Shown in pieces: positions 25,156 to 39,672 of a stretch of 64,000 nucleotides of DNA. The stretch is from Octopus sinensis (lineage: Eukaryota), in the NCBI RefSeq assembly GCF_006345805.1, contig NC_043007.1:3472001-3536000 (forward strand), in the 5' to 3' direction. The notes below the pieces were generated by a model. It was not told the origin of the DNA. It ran no database searches and was given only the letters and a program-made list of their open reading frames with translations. The translations under genes and the position numbers were made by a program. The stretch's first letter is position 1; every line of letters begins with the position of its first letter.

Positions 25156-27634
25156 GTAGGATTATTGATCAGTTACTTTTCAAAAACAAAGGCCTAACCA
25201 TTAAGTAACCGTTAATCGCAGGAGCAAAAGGTATATACCTTCAAGCCTTTGCAATCCCTTTTTATTTATTTATTCTTATTCTTCTTCAGGCATTATGATC
25301 CCGGAGCGCTTTATCCAGTATGTGAACCCTATTTTAAGAAAAACGTAACATAAAATCAGGTAGAATTGGTTGCTATTACTAGAAAGACGAATGACTATCT
25401 AGTTGTCCTTTTATTGTCTCGTTTACTATAGAAATCTTTGTACCTGGAGTTAATCGTTACACTTGCGGTTGATTGAAATCAAATGATTGCTCGTATGCGG
25501 ATAATGTCCTTGACACAATCTTATTGTTTTGCTTTAATTTCTGCTTGTTTTGTTCTGTTTTTCCTATTTGATTTGTCTCTAATGAATAAAACGAAATCAT
25601 CAACAGGAAGAATTGTACGGTAAAAACTAATTAATATCCCGGCCAAACGTATAAACGTCGCACAAGCACATTCATCCCGTGTTTCTCTCTGCTTTGATAC
25701 AATTTATCAACATCGATACTGTAGCTCGCAATAACCACGTAGATCCGTAATGGCTGCCACTTTAAATTACGCTGTATTTGTGTGTGTGCATTTGAATATG
25801 AGCAGAAGTATCAAAAATATTTTAATATTTTATTCATTATGAGCAGCAAAAATGGTGTGCTTCATGAATGATTGGCACCCTGTCAGTTTATATTTTTCGA
25901 ATGCCAATGTCATTTGACTAGGAAGTTCTGTCAACGAGCAAAAATAATTATTCAACCGCAAATCTATCTTTTATCAATTTTTCAATACGCTTGATGAGTC
26001 ATTTTATCGACGAACTCTATACGTCTTCAGTATTTTAACAAAAGAAATGTGTGCCTTAGGAATGAGAGTAGTTGCGAGTAAGGGGCAGGGCAGAAAATTG
26101 TTTGGATAACTGACGGAATTCAATGGAGAAAAAAAAATCATTCTAAAAAGCGATGGTGCTGGGAACGCATTTCGCACAAAATAGAACTTTTAACTGGTTC
26201 GCTGAATTCATAACATGCTTTTATAGCACGCCATTCCTGTTATTTGAATGACGAAAATTCTTAGATACTATGAACTCCAATTGACAGCAGAAAAAAAAAA
26301 AACATTGCCCGTCGGATGAGTGAATTTAAATTCAATAGATTCTACGCGCATTGGAAAATCTTATCACGATATATCTATTGGTTGGTGCGGTTTCTTTTAT
26401 ACTTTTTTTATAATTCTTTGCGATTTGGAATAATGTAACTGCTTTGCATTTTAATTCAGTAATATAAGAGAACTATTGATTCGAAGCATACAGGCTTGTT
26501 CGATACGTATGTGTGAGTGTACATATATATATATTTATGAATGGATATATATATTATATATATATTATATATATATATATTATATATATATATATATGAA
26601 TGGATATATATATATATAATATATATATGAATAGATAGATAGATCTATATATGCATATACGTATGTATAAATTTATACATATATGTACATATATATATAT
26701 ATGTGTGTGTGTGTGGATATATGTATGTATGATAGTATATCTGCACGTACATATGTATGTATGTATATATGTATGTATGTATGTATGTGTGTGTTTGTAT
26801 GTATGTATGTATGTATGTATGCATGTACGTATGTATGTGTGTGTGTATGTGTGTATGTGGTATGTGTGTATGTATGTATGTATGTATGTATTTGAAAATA
26901 CTAGGAACGAAAGCCACGAAGCGGAATGATGCCAAATAGAGGACGAAGGAAAAACAAGAAATAAAAATAGTCTTTCGACTTAGAAAAGACTCGTGTGGAT
27001 AAGAATTAACGCTAAGAGATACTTAATCTGAAGCAGTTTTACTTGAACAGAAATAGAAAAAGGAGAGCGGCAAAACGGTGTCCGACCTCGTCTGACTATC
27101 TGTGGAGGCGGAGAGAGAGAAGGAGAGACCGAGAACGACCTAAAAGGAGGGAAGATCGGGGTATTGTTGCCTTCTGGGATAAAAGTAGTAGCGAGTAGAA
27201 AGGAAAAGGTAGGTGAGTGATAAAGGGTAGACGATAGTCGAGACAGTAGAGATAGAACATACGGACTCCATATAGTGTTGTGAGAAGAGTATCGTATGCG
27301 TTACAAGATGAGATACGGAAAACATTACACAGAATGACATAAACTAAAAGCAAGCATGACTCATAAACTCCTTCCATCAGCCGTCTAACAGGTTTCAGAA
27401 TGATTTCGACACCTTGACTTCTGACTTCATCTAGCAGTGTCAGCGGCGCAGTGAAACTAACCACGAGGAACATTGCAGAACGAAGTGATAAGAAAAAAAT
27501 ATTGAACGAAGCAAATATGTTTTTAATTCCTGCTTTGATTTTCAGTGTTCTCTTAAATTATCCCCCATCTTAGTGACAAAGTCGTAAAGGCAAACATTTC
27601 ATATTACCTTTTTTTCTTTCTTTATATTGAACTA

Positions 27635-27885
27635 AGGCAGCGAACTGGCAGAATCGTTAGCACGCGGGCAAAATGCTTAGCAGTATTTCGTCTGCCGTTA
27701 CGTTCTGAGTTCAAATTCCGCCGAGGTCGACTTTACCTTTCATCCTTTCGGGGTCGATTAAATAAGTACCAGTTACGCACTGGGGGTCGATGTAATCGAC
27801 TTAATCCATTTGTCTGTCCTTGTTTGTCCTCTCTGTGTTTAGCCCCTTGTGGGTAGTAAAGAAATAGGTATTTTATCTGCCGCTA
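27635..27885 (+). mobile_element. SINE family A, full unit plus start of a second unit
   Basis: Matches 19095-19345. Confidence 0.85.
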
Positions 27886-29437
27886 TATGCCCGTGGGTAA
27901 ACATCTGGCTAATACTGCTTTATAACTTACAGCTGTCCTCTTTATACTTTTCTCCACTACATTGACTTCAAATATGCAGCTGAATACCTTCCCAGGGTAT
28001 ATATTTTATTTTTTTAACACCCTACCGACATGAGTTGTGTTTTAATTATCAATCCTTTTTTTTTTTCTTTTGAAGTTCCACAAATATTTTCTTGTCGTTC
28101 TCAACCTGTTTGTCTTTAGTATTTTTTGTTTATTATTAATTTTTATTTCTCATTGTATTCTCGGTCCTTGTGTCATTTTTCTGTTTCTTCCTTGATATAA
28201 TTAATAAGTAATTCCACCGCCAGCACTCTCAGCCCAATGCATAATTGAAATTATTGTTACGAGTGAAATTTATACTCTCCAAAGTCTACCACATGGTAGC
28301 AGCAAAACTGCAAAACTAAATTCGTTTCAGTGCAACCCTCTTCCTATAACATTTGCTAGAGGTTTCCATTGCAACAATTTTATAACAAATCATTATGTTC
28401 ATAATAGCAGAATGAATGAATAACTTACACATATCAACTGGGAATATTTTCCATAGAGTAATTATATAAACGTGTCCTGTTCTGATAAATTAGCCGTTCT
28501 ATAAATACTTTATACAAAGCAATAAGTTTTACTTCAAATACGTTGCTCAAATCAACACTTTTAATCATTTTCTCTACATTAGAAGACATTATTTACAATA
28601 GGCTGAAAGCAACGTACTTCAAAGGACGTAATTCAGTTCAGAATGTAAAGTTCTGTGACGTGTTGACTAACGATACTCACTAAAATGAGTTCAAGACTAT
28701 TTATTTCTTTTGAATTAGCGTAAGACTAGGTTGGATGGTAATGGAACAGCATGATGCTAGGGTTTTCCCCCAAAAAATAGAAGTACACTGGCGAAAATAA
28801 ATTTAAGACCAATGATAAAAGTTCTATTTCTTACAAAATATTTTGTTACTAACACCATACAAATTATTTTTATCTTTTACACCTTATGCAGAATTTATTT
28901 CTCTTTCGAATGATGCAGACAATAACTGTTTTTATACAACTTGAAGAATTCTAATGCTAAATTAATATAAACCTTTCAAATGTAACGGCAAAATTAGTTT
29001 AAGACCGTATCATTATAATTTTATTTAAAGTTTAACATTGTATCAAAAATGAGCAATAAGAACAAAATAGATATTAGTACTTTGTGCCCTAGCCATTATT
29101 CTTAATAACGACTGAACAACGCCTCGGCATTGAATTCGCTAAGTGATTACAAAATTCTATGGGAATGATTTGCCATATTTCATTGATATAATCGAATAAC
29201 TGTTTTAGATTAGATGGTCTTAAATTTATTTTCGCCAGTGTAGAATAAGTGAAATGGAATATCAAAACCCCCGATGTTTGAAGGAAGAGATAGAATTGAA
29301 CTTAACATATAGATGCTACGTACTTTTTAATCAACTCCGGGAAAAGGGAAGGTGGATTAGACTCCAATGAGATTTGAACCGAAAATACAGAGTGACGGAA
29401 CTAAATACCATTGGAAATTTAGTCTAATGTTCTTATG

Positions 29438-29620
29438 TCATTTCCAGATCACTGCTTTACTGAGAATCAAAGAGATTACGAACATTGTAAACAAAATAAT
29501 AAACAGATATTTAAAACTTTGTTTACATAAACCAGATTTGTGTGGCTGAGAGTTTTGATGGACGTCCTGATACATCATCCGTTCGGATACGTTTTCACTG
29601 CTGTTAACTTTGCATTTCAT
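29438..29620 (-). CDS. Candidate exon encoding a type II membrane-anchor-like N terminus
   Basis: MKCKVNSS...KYLFIILFTMFVISLILSK; non-repeat context; only a weak donor (CA|GTAAAG). Confidence 0.2.
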   Translation of the reverse strand: MKCKVNSSENVSERMMYQDVHQNSQPHKSGLCKQSFKYLFIILFTMFVISLILSKAVIWK

Positions 29621-30147
29621 TTCAGGCAGAAATTTTAGTCCAGAAATAGATATCTCCAATGAAATAAATCGCAGAAGGAAAAGGAATTACAGGAAAAAAA
29701 AACAAAACAGAATGCTTGAATTTTATTATCAATCATTATGTGAGCCAAAAAGGGCAACTGTTTTAGCCAACAGGGATTTTAACTTCAACACAAAACAAAA
29801 ACACAAGTTTTAATTTTCTTCTCAATTAGCAATGGCGAGAGCCAATAAAAGAATTTCTAATGATTCCGTTTTGTTTCCATGAAACTTTAGTCTGTTTACG
29901 ACGCTCTGAGAATTACTTTGGGTTAAATCGATAAGTCTTAAGACTATCAGCTGAACCGATGCAGGGTTCATATCCAGAACAAACGACAAACAAACTTCGC
30001 TCTCATTGCTCCACTTCACTTAACTGCAAAAAGATAATATGACGTAAATACTGTTCACTATTGAACTCATCGATCCAATTGCAAACCAGAATTCCTAATT
30101 TCAAATCTTTGCGGGGGTCTTTAAAAACGTAAAGAGAACCCGTAATT

Positions 30148-30466
30148 TTCTCATCTTTTACTTGTTTCAGTCATTAAAACGAATCGACCCCAATACTTAA
30201 TTTTTCGAAAGACGGGTACTTATTTTATCGGTCTCTTTAACCGCTAAGTTACGGAGACAGAAACAGACAAACACTGGTTGTCAAGCGGTGGTGACGGGTC
30301 AAAGACAAACGCAAAGACACAAACACACACACACCAAATCCACTTAGAAGGCTTTGGTCATCGCGGGGTTATATAGAACAATAGATTTGCTCAAGGTTCT
30401 ATGAAATAGGATTGAACTCGGAACCATACAACTGAAAAGCAAGCTTCTTACCACACCGCCACGCCT
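30148..30466 (-). mobile_element. SINE family B, diverged
   Basis: Reverse-complement similarity to family B head and tail. Confidence 0.75.
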
Positions 30467-30696
30467 ATTGTGAATTCTTTTTCGGAAACTTTCAAATGTT
30501 TTATTGCGATGCCCGTGAGTTTTCGACATGTTGAATATTAGAGACTTCTAAAGTTTTTCCCTCGGTTGATTACAACTTTCACGAAACTCAAGTAGAACGG
30601 AGAAGAAGATTACTTTTGGTAAAATAAACATACCTGCCAACTCTGCCTCGTCATAGTGAGTTCTATAAGAAACATGTTTGCACCATACGTAATATG

Positions 30697-30735
<39 letters not shown>

Positions 30736-31606
30736 GCAGCCCTTACATTATGAGATATCCGCATATACAAACATATATATACATACAATATATACGTATG
30801 TATGTATGTATGTATGTATGTATGTATGTATGTATGTATGTATGTATGTATGTATGTATGTATGTATGAATGTATGTATGTATGTATGTATGTATGTAGT
30901 ATGTATGTATGATGTATGTATGTATGTATGTATGAATGTATGTATGTATGTATGTATGTATGTATGTATGTATGTATGTATGTATGTATGTATGTATGTA
31001 TGTATGTATGTATGCATCAGCTAATGTAATAAGGAATTCTCTAACAAAATACTGGTTTATATACTGGCAATAATAATGATTCAAAATATAAATTCGATCC
31101 CAAAGCCGTGAGGAGAATGAAAATTAACTTTCAAAACTCTAAGAAACCAAAATAATGTTAGTGCGAATTATCTGGTTCGGTTTGTGTCATGCCCTGCAAG
31201 ATTTAATTTTCTTTATAAAGGTTGCAAGACTTAATAGAGAATAATTAAATGTCATCATGATATTTCTCTAGGTTCAATACAATATTATGAATGCTAACAT
31301 TCTGCTTAGCCTCCAGGAATCTTTCTGCTTCCTATTCCTATTGGGAATCGAATATTTTTGCGTGAATTTTTATCAAACTGTGCAATAGACAGTGTAGTTA
31401 TGACACAACATTCCTATACAAATATCAATAAATCCACAGATTTTCACACTGCATATACTTAACACATACACGAAGGTGCCTGGGTTTACATTCAGAAGCG
31501 TAGATGCCGTGCTGTTTCTGTGTGTTTGCAGACGTATCAAAGTGTGCATACATATATCTGTGCGTGTGGGTATGTAAGTATGTATATATATGTGTGTGTG
31601 TGTGGG

Positions 31607-31646
<40 letters not shown>

Positions 31647-32221
31647 AGTATTTATGTGCTTAATCTATACGCCTATATTAAAAGTTATGAATGATTACAT
31701 ATACATATTAAGTGCGAGCATAAAGAGAAGGAATATACTAGGAATTTATACATACATGTGGGCGTATATATACACACAGGGTATAATATATGTGTGTGTG
31801 TGTATGTATATATATGTGTGTGTGTGTGTGTATCCGCCCACATGTATTTACTATACATATGCACACTGTGTGGTCACACACACACACACACACACACACA
31901 CTCGTGTCACATGCACACACTCAAACACACCCACATACACGCAAGCGCACCTTCTCTTGTTCGGATCTCTTTATTGTCTCGCTTTCATTTGTCTTCTTTT
32001 TTTCTTTTTTTTGTTATCTTCCTTTCTTTCAACCTCCTTTTTTATCCAATCATTCACCATGCTGGACCGTTGAAATCTACAAGTTTTTTTTTTCATTGTC
32101 TCTGAGTCTATTTTCTCTTATTCCTATCTGTTGAAGAGCGTAGGCTCGAAATGTAAAAAACTATTACACTTACTTGTTGTTCAGACACCTGTCTTCGTCT
32201 TTTGTTTTTCTATAAATTTCA

Positions 32222-32262
<41 letters not shown>

Positions 32263-32319
32263 TTTTGTAGTTTCGCTTTAGAGGTGTGGCCATGCTGGAG
32301 CACCGCCGTGTATATATAT

Positions 32320-32386
<67 letters not shown>

Positions 32387-32474
32387 CAAATGAAAGACGG
32401 AAGATGGAATATACGAGAATTTATTATTAATCACGACAATTGTTTCTGAGAACTGAATATATATTTTTCTTAAC

Positions 32475-32612
32475 TTATTACATCCGCCAAGGAAGGAGGT
32501 TATGTTTTTGCCGGCGTTGGTTTGGGACATTGGGCGATTTTCAGCATGCGTGTATATGGGTGGAAATGAACTGCTTAGCTGGGATCTGCGCTCTCCGAGT
32601 GCTTTTCTAGTT
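32475..32612 (+). mobile_element. Helentron/HINE-like non-autonomous remnant
   Basis: TTATTAC.TCCGCCAAGG..GGAGGTTATGTTTT start and CTGCGCTCTCCGAGTGCTTTTCTAGTT end resemble HINE termini (recalled, not searched). Confidence 0.45.
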
Positions 32613-32739
32613 TTACTTATTTCTACTTGCTTGCACACTGGTCTATAAATAGCAAACAAACAACAAACTGATGGCCAGAAAACAAAAATTAGAATTCAGA
32701 AGTATCTCCCAATGCGGTAGTCATAAAACAGGAATTAGG

Positions 32740-32796
<57 letters not shown>

Positions 32797-32820
32797 TACA
32801 TACATACATACATACATACA

Positions 32821-32854
<34 letters not shown>

Positions 32855-34916
32855 CATACATACGTGCGTACATACGTGCATACGTACATAAATACATACA
32901 TACATACGTACGTACGTACGTACATACGTACATGCGTACATGCGTACGTACGTACGTACGTACATGCGTACATGCGTACATACATACATACATACATAAT
33001 ACATACATACATACATACATACATACATACATACATACATGCGTACGTACGTACATACATACATACATACATACATACATACAACATACATACATACATA
33101 CATGTATTACAAACAAAAAAAGCTAGTTAGATAATCTCTGACAGATTAAAGTAGTAACTGTACTGTGAAGTAATGTTTTAAACCCCATATGTATGTATGT
33201 ATGTATGGTGGATTGGTAAGTGTGTCCCCACATGTGTATCTACATGTGGTCGTGGGAGATGGTGGAGGTTGTCATGGTGATGCAGGAGTTGATAATTTAA
33301 TGCAGGAATTAGTAATTTAGTTGATTGCGCGAATGTACTCTCCTCGGCGAAAGATTAAAGTGTAAAGGATTGAGGATTCCACAGATACGTGAACATTGAA
33401 TGTGATTTTTAGGCAGAACTAGCATGAAATAGTGTCACATTTCGAATTAAAGATATAATCTTCAGTACAGTTTTCATGGACCTAATTTCATTTACAATGC
33501 ATAGGCTGATCAGCGGCTTTGCAGAATAAAACACTTCGTCGTTTGACCATAATGTGCTTCTATGAAATATGTGTGCGCGCTTGCATGTATGTATACACAC
33601 ACACTCATATACACACACACATACACACACAGACACACACACACACATACACATACACATATATATATATATATATATATTATTGACCGTACATATTCAA
33701 TGTATGTGTTTCGTTTGTTCACCGGTACGCAGCAATTTAGCGTGGTGGGGGCTGACTCCCTCAAAGCGATGGGTCTTAAAACAGCTGAAAGTTATAGACA
33801 ATCGATACATCTTGCCTCTAATCCCATTCAGGAGTAATTATACCGTTATTTCACCATTTTTGTGCCTTTTCAACAACACATTCCTGCACGAACAGGGGCG
33901 AACGGAATCGCCATTCTATGACTCTATACAAATAGTGCAAAATCCATTTACTGGTATGACACGACGATTATTACGGAAGAATAAATTCAAATAATGAATT
34001 TCAAGCAGCGCTAGTGTTGTAAACAATATCGACCACACATACTCATTGTATTTGTTTTGCTTGTTCGTCGATACACTACGGCAAGCTCGGTGGGGTGATT
34101 CCTTCAAAATACTGGGGGTTCAAACACCTGAAAGTCATAGAAAAGTCGGAATCCATCACTCCTGAATGGAATTAGGGGTCCTGTCTATCTATGACGTTAG
34201 GGTATAACCATATACGGGTGGAGATAAGAGAATCAAAGACTAATTGTGAACGAACGAATTTTCCTGCTTTAATGTTCAACAGATTCTTCGTTGTATTCCT
34301 TTCTTCAAAACCGCCTTCTATTTATGGTCCTTACCCAGTCAAGCAATCCATAGAGCGTTCCCTCTCCGAATCCACATCAGCACAAAATTGATATCACTCC
34401 AACGAAAACCTATGTTCCTCAATAAAGATGCAAATGGCCGATTTTGCTGTTTCCATTCACCACAATTAAGAACTCTTGACTGAAATATCCTTCCTGCAAA
34501 ATTACGTCGCTGCTTAAAACAAAAGTAGCCAGTGACTTGTGCCTCCTGTTAAACGGGTTTTATTTTTCAAATTGCATCTGCTAAAGGGTATCGTTTTTCC
34601 ATTCGTTACAACTAACGTATGTGTCTGAGTGCACGTTATGTGTGTGTGTCTGCCTGTCTGACAGATTGTCTGTGTGTGTGTGTGTATCTAAATATTCGTA
34701 TAAGTTTGGGCCGGTGTTTATATAATACATCTCCTGGAAATGTATATGAGGTAGGACATATACTGAATATTTAAGATTCTAAATAATTTTTAAAAGTATG
34801 TATGGGTTCTTATCTATGGAGAAAATACAGACACATCGACAGACAGACGGGCAGGCAGACAAACAGACAGACAGACAAACAGACAGACACACAGTCAAAC
34901 AGAAAGACAGACACAC

Positions 34917-35016
<100 letters not shown>

Positions 35017-35289
35017 GCAGACTTCTTCATTAACAAGTAATGAGAAATATGGAATAATTAATGACTGCCACTAATTATTCTACCATTCAATGTAATGCAA
35101 TATTGTGGAAGTTGTTGCAGTGACTGTTTCTAATTTACGCATACGGTCATTCCTTTTTTTTTTCCGTTGAAAATGACTCAATTAATCACGTGTGATTTGT
35201 GTATGCATAATTAATATATTCCTGTTCGAAAATTAACGATATCAGTATGTGTGTGTACGTGTACATAAATACATATGCATCTATATGTG

Positions 35290-35496
35290 AGTTCTATATA
35301 TAAGAGATGAGGAATTATGTACGTTATTTACATTATTTACAATTGACGGATATCTGTCCTCATCTTGTTTGTTGTTAACACAACGTTTCGGCTGATATAG
35401 CCTCCAGCCTTCATCAGGTGTGGTGGGGACAGCTGATGAACCTGGGTTCTCATTCCTAAGGTATTTTTCGATGTTGTTGTTGTTATTATTATTATT

Positions 35497-35535
<39 letters not shown>

Positions 35536-35670
35536 ATTATTATTATTCAGGTCACTGCCTGGAATCGAAATTGGAATCTTGGGGTTAGTAGCCCACGCTC
35601 TTAACCACTACGCCATATGCCCGTGGGCATATGGCGTAGTGGGAGCTACTAACCCCAAGAAATTCGGATT
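35290..35670 (-). mobile_element. tRNA-headed SINE-like element with hammerhead tail and palindromic 5' end (family D)
   Basis: Head 35622-35550 with A box TGGCGTAGTGG and B-box-like TTCGATTCC; (AAT/AAC)n spacer; HHR; 18-bp inverted head duplication. Confidence 0.8.
35378..35421 (-). ncRNA. Minimal type I hammerhead ribozyme
   Basis: ACAC-CTGATGA-A-GGCTG(10 nt)CAGCC-GAAA-CG-TT-GTGT; stems I and II pair fully, palindromic ACGT stem III. Confidence 0.8.
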
Positions 35671-36967
35671 GTTGTGTCTCGGGAGAGTCATTATGTATGT
35701 ATGTATATATATATATATAATATATATATATATTATTGACCGTACATATTCAATGTATGTGTTTCGTTTGTTCACCGGTACGCAGCAATTTAGCGTGGTG
35801 GGGGCTGACTCCCTCAAAGCGATGGGTCTTAAAACAGCTGAAAGTTATAGACAATCGATACATCTTGCCTCTAATCCCATTCAGGAGTAATTTATACCGT
35901 TATTTCACCATTTTTGTGCCTTTTCAACAACACATTCCTGCACGAACAGGGGCGAACGGAATCGCCATTCTATGACTCTATACAAATAGTGCAAAATCCA
36001 TTTACTGGTATGACACGACGATTATTACGGAAGAATAAATTCAAATAATGAATTTCAAGCAGCGCTAGTGTTGTAAACAATATCGACCACACATACTCAT
36101 TGTATTTGTTTTGCTTGTTCGTCGATACACTACGGCAAGCTCGGTGGGGTGATTCCTTCAAAATACTGGGGGTTCAAACACCTGAAAGTCATAGAAAAGT
36201 CGGAATCCATCACTCCTGAATGGAATTAGGGGTCCTGTCTATCTATGACGTTAGGGTATAACCATATACGGGTGGAGATAAGAGAATCAAAGACTAATTG
36301 TGAACGAACGAATTTTCCTGCTTTAATGTTCAACAGATTCTTCGTTGTATCCTTTCTTCAAAACCGCCTTCTATTTATGGTCCTTACCCAGTCAAGCAAT
36401 CCATAGAGCGTTCCCTCTCCGAATCCACATCAGCACAAAATTGATATCACTCCAACGAAAACCTATGTTCCTCAATAAAGATGCAAATGGCCGATTTTGC
36501 TGTTTCCATTCACCACAATTAAGAACTCTTGACTGAAATATCCTTCTGCAAAATTACGTCGCTGCTTAAAACAAAAGTAGCCAGTGACTTGTGCCTCCTG
36601 TTAACGGGTTTTATTTTTCAAATTGCATCTGCTAAAGGGTATCGTTTTTCCATTCGTTACAACTAACGTATGTGTCTGAGTGCACGTTATGTGTGTGTCT
36701 GCCTGTCTGACAGATTGTCTGTGTGTGTGTGTGTGTATCTAAATATTCGTATAAGTTTGGGCCGGTGTTTATATAATACATCTCCTGGAAATGTATATGA
36801 GGTAGGACATATACTGAATATTTAAGATTCTAAATAATTTTTAAAAGTATGTATGGGTTCTTATCTATGGAGAAAATACAGACACATCGACAGACAGACG
36901 GGCAGGCAGACAAACAGACAGACAGACAAACAGACAGACACACAGTCAAACAGAAAGACAGACACAC

Positions 36968-37065
<98 letters not shown>

Positions 37066-37345
37066 AGATAGATGCAGACTTCTTCATTAACAAGTAATGA
37101 GAAATATGGAATAATTAATGACTGCCACTAATTATTCTACCATTCAATGTAATGCAATATTGTGGAAGTGTTGCAGTGACTGTTTCTAATTTACGCATAC
37201 GGTCATTCCTTTTTTTTTTCCGTTGAAAATGACTCAATTAATCACGTGTGATTTGTGTATGCATAATTAATATATTCCTGTTCGAAAATTAACGATATCA
37301 GTATGTGTGTGTACGTGTACATAAATACATATGCATCTATATGTG

Positions 37346-37549
37346 AGTTCTATATATAAGAGATGAGGAATTATGTACGTTATTTACATTATTTACAATT
37401 GACGGATATCTGTCCTCATCTTGTTTGTTAACACAACGTTTCGGCTGATATAGCCTCCAGCCTTCATCAGGTGTGGTGGGGACAGCTGATGAACCTGGGT
37501 TCTCATTCCTAAGGTATTTTTCGATGTTGTTCTTGTTATTATTATTATT

Positions 37550-37588
<39 letters not shown>

Positions 37589-37723
37589 ATTATTATTATT
37601 CAGGTCACTGCCTGGAATCGAAATTGGAATCTTGGGGTTAGTAGCCCACGCTCTTAACCACTACGCCATATGCCCGTGGGCATATGGCGTAGTGGGAGCT
37701 ACTAACCCCAAGAAATTCGGATT
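37346..37723 (-). mobile_element. Family D element, duplicate copy
   Basis: Near-identical to 35290-35670; palindrome arms 37658-37675 and 37678-37695. Confidence 0.8.
37431..37474 (-). ncRNA. Minimal type I hammerhead ribozyme, duplicate
   Basis: Same sequence as 35378-35421. Confidence 0.8.
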
Positions 37724-37763
37724 GTTGTGTCTCGGGAGAGTCATTATGTATGTATGTATATAT

Positions 37764-37795
<32 letters not shown>

Positions 37796-38264
37796 CACAC
37801 ATACATCCATAATCATATACATACATATAAACATAAACATACAAACGTACACACAATCACGCACAAACTGCTTGTAAAACTGCCTTTTGCGAAACAAGTT
37901 AATAATTTTACAGAGACGCCAACGCATTCTCACGCCCTCCCTCCATCCTCTCAAACACAAATACATGCATTGGCATATTCAAACTGGTGGAAAAACTTCA
38001 TGGAATGAAACTATCAATGTGAAATAAATATTCATGCACACACATACATACATATCTATATGTATACATGCATGTATGAATGCATGTATTACGTATGTAT
38101 GTACGCATAATGTGTGGATATATGTATGTGTGAATAATGTGTGCATGTGTGTATGTGTGTATATGTAGTTAGATAGGTAGACAGACAGAAAGATAGATAG
38201 ATAGATAGCAAGAAAGCAAGAAAGAAAGAAAGAAACAAAAAAAAGAAAGAAAGAAAGGAAGGAA

Positions 38265-38302
<38 letters not shown>

Positions 38303-39047
38303 AGGATGGATTGATAGGTGAAGTTCTTTGTTAAATATCTCAATAATTTAAGTGTCTTGACTTATATTTTTAAATGTTGAAAAGAATACATCAATAACTG
38401 CGATCAAGCGGTTCTGATATCTGAATGAAGTAGAAATTTTTGTGGTAAGCTTTTAGATGTTAATTTACTTAGAGTGATTGTGACATGATAAAAAAAGAAC
38501 TGAAAAACAAAACCGAAAAAAAAAAGATTAAAAAAAAACAGAATGAATATCAATGAAGCAATCTTTACTTTTACACAAGTATTTACGTTGACTCTGTTTT
38601 TGGTGTTTTTCGATTTGTATTTTTCCCTGTTTTTTTTTTTTTTTTCTGTTTTCGATTCTTCATTCGTGTCTTACAATGTATTGTGGTATTGATTTATGAT
38701 TTGAAATTTATTCATAAATCATCTCTTCGGCAAATGTTTATAGATAAGAGGTTGAAGGAGATTTTGTTCTCTCTTTTACTCGTTTTCTCATAGGATTTTC
38801 TGAAACAATCCTACGAGAAAACATTCTGTCCGTTGTCGTTGTCGTCATTTCAGGTGGGGAGAGTCAGACAAAATACTTAGCACTATTTCGTTCTGGCACT
38901 AAATTCTGAGTTCAAATTCCGCTGAAGCCAACTTTGCTTTGTTTCTCTCAGAGGTCGACAAAACAAAATATTAATGGAGTACTTGGATCGACTTAACTAA
39001 CTAACCATATACCCTCAAATCTGCCGGCCTCAGCCACAATCAGAATC

Positions 39048-39092
<45 letters not shown>

Positions 39093-39122
39093 TATTATTA
39101 TTATTACTATTATTATTATTAT

Positions 39123-39415
39123 TCTATGTTTGACTTTTGCTTTATATTTGTACAAGTTGGCTCCAAGTCTCACCCAGATACCTCAAGAGACAACAGGTTG
39201 GAAGTTCATGTTGTTGTTATGCCTAGTGTGCCATATATTTCTTTTTTTGGTATTGTACTAGTGAATGTCTAAAAAAAACCCCGAAAATTATGTTTGTTTT
39301 AAGCCTTGAGATTACATAGAAAGTATTTTGCGTAGGATATGAGCAGTTCCCATGAGCACTATCTTTTGAATTTCTGCCATTTTTGGGTTTCCTGGTATCT
39401 GAGTTAGGTAGCAAT
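39123..39415 (-). mobile_element. R4/Dong-like 3' end fragment
   Basis: IQKIVLMGTAHILRKILSM-stop, then 3' UTR; (ATT)n on both sides. Confidence 0.7.
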
Positions 39416-39416
39416 C

Positions 39417-39470
<54 letters not shown>

Positions 39471-39483
39471 CATCATCATTATT

Positions 39484-39527
<44 letters not shown>

Positions 39528-39612
39528 TATTATTATTCAGTAGTTTTATTTTTATAGCGTGCTTTCACTTCACTACCGAGCGCAGCTCTGTGTGCCTTGG
39601 GTATGTGCTGTG

Positions 39613-39672
<60 letters not shown>

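Noticed and set aside
35550-35622. Possible tRNA gene; likewise the heads at 56128 and 63630
   Set aside because: Acceptor and anticodon stems do not pair fully and each continues into a repeat body, so these are SINE heads
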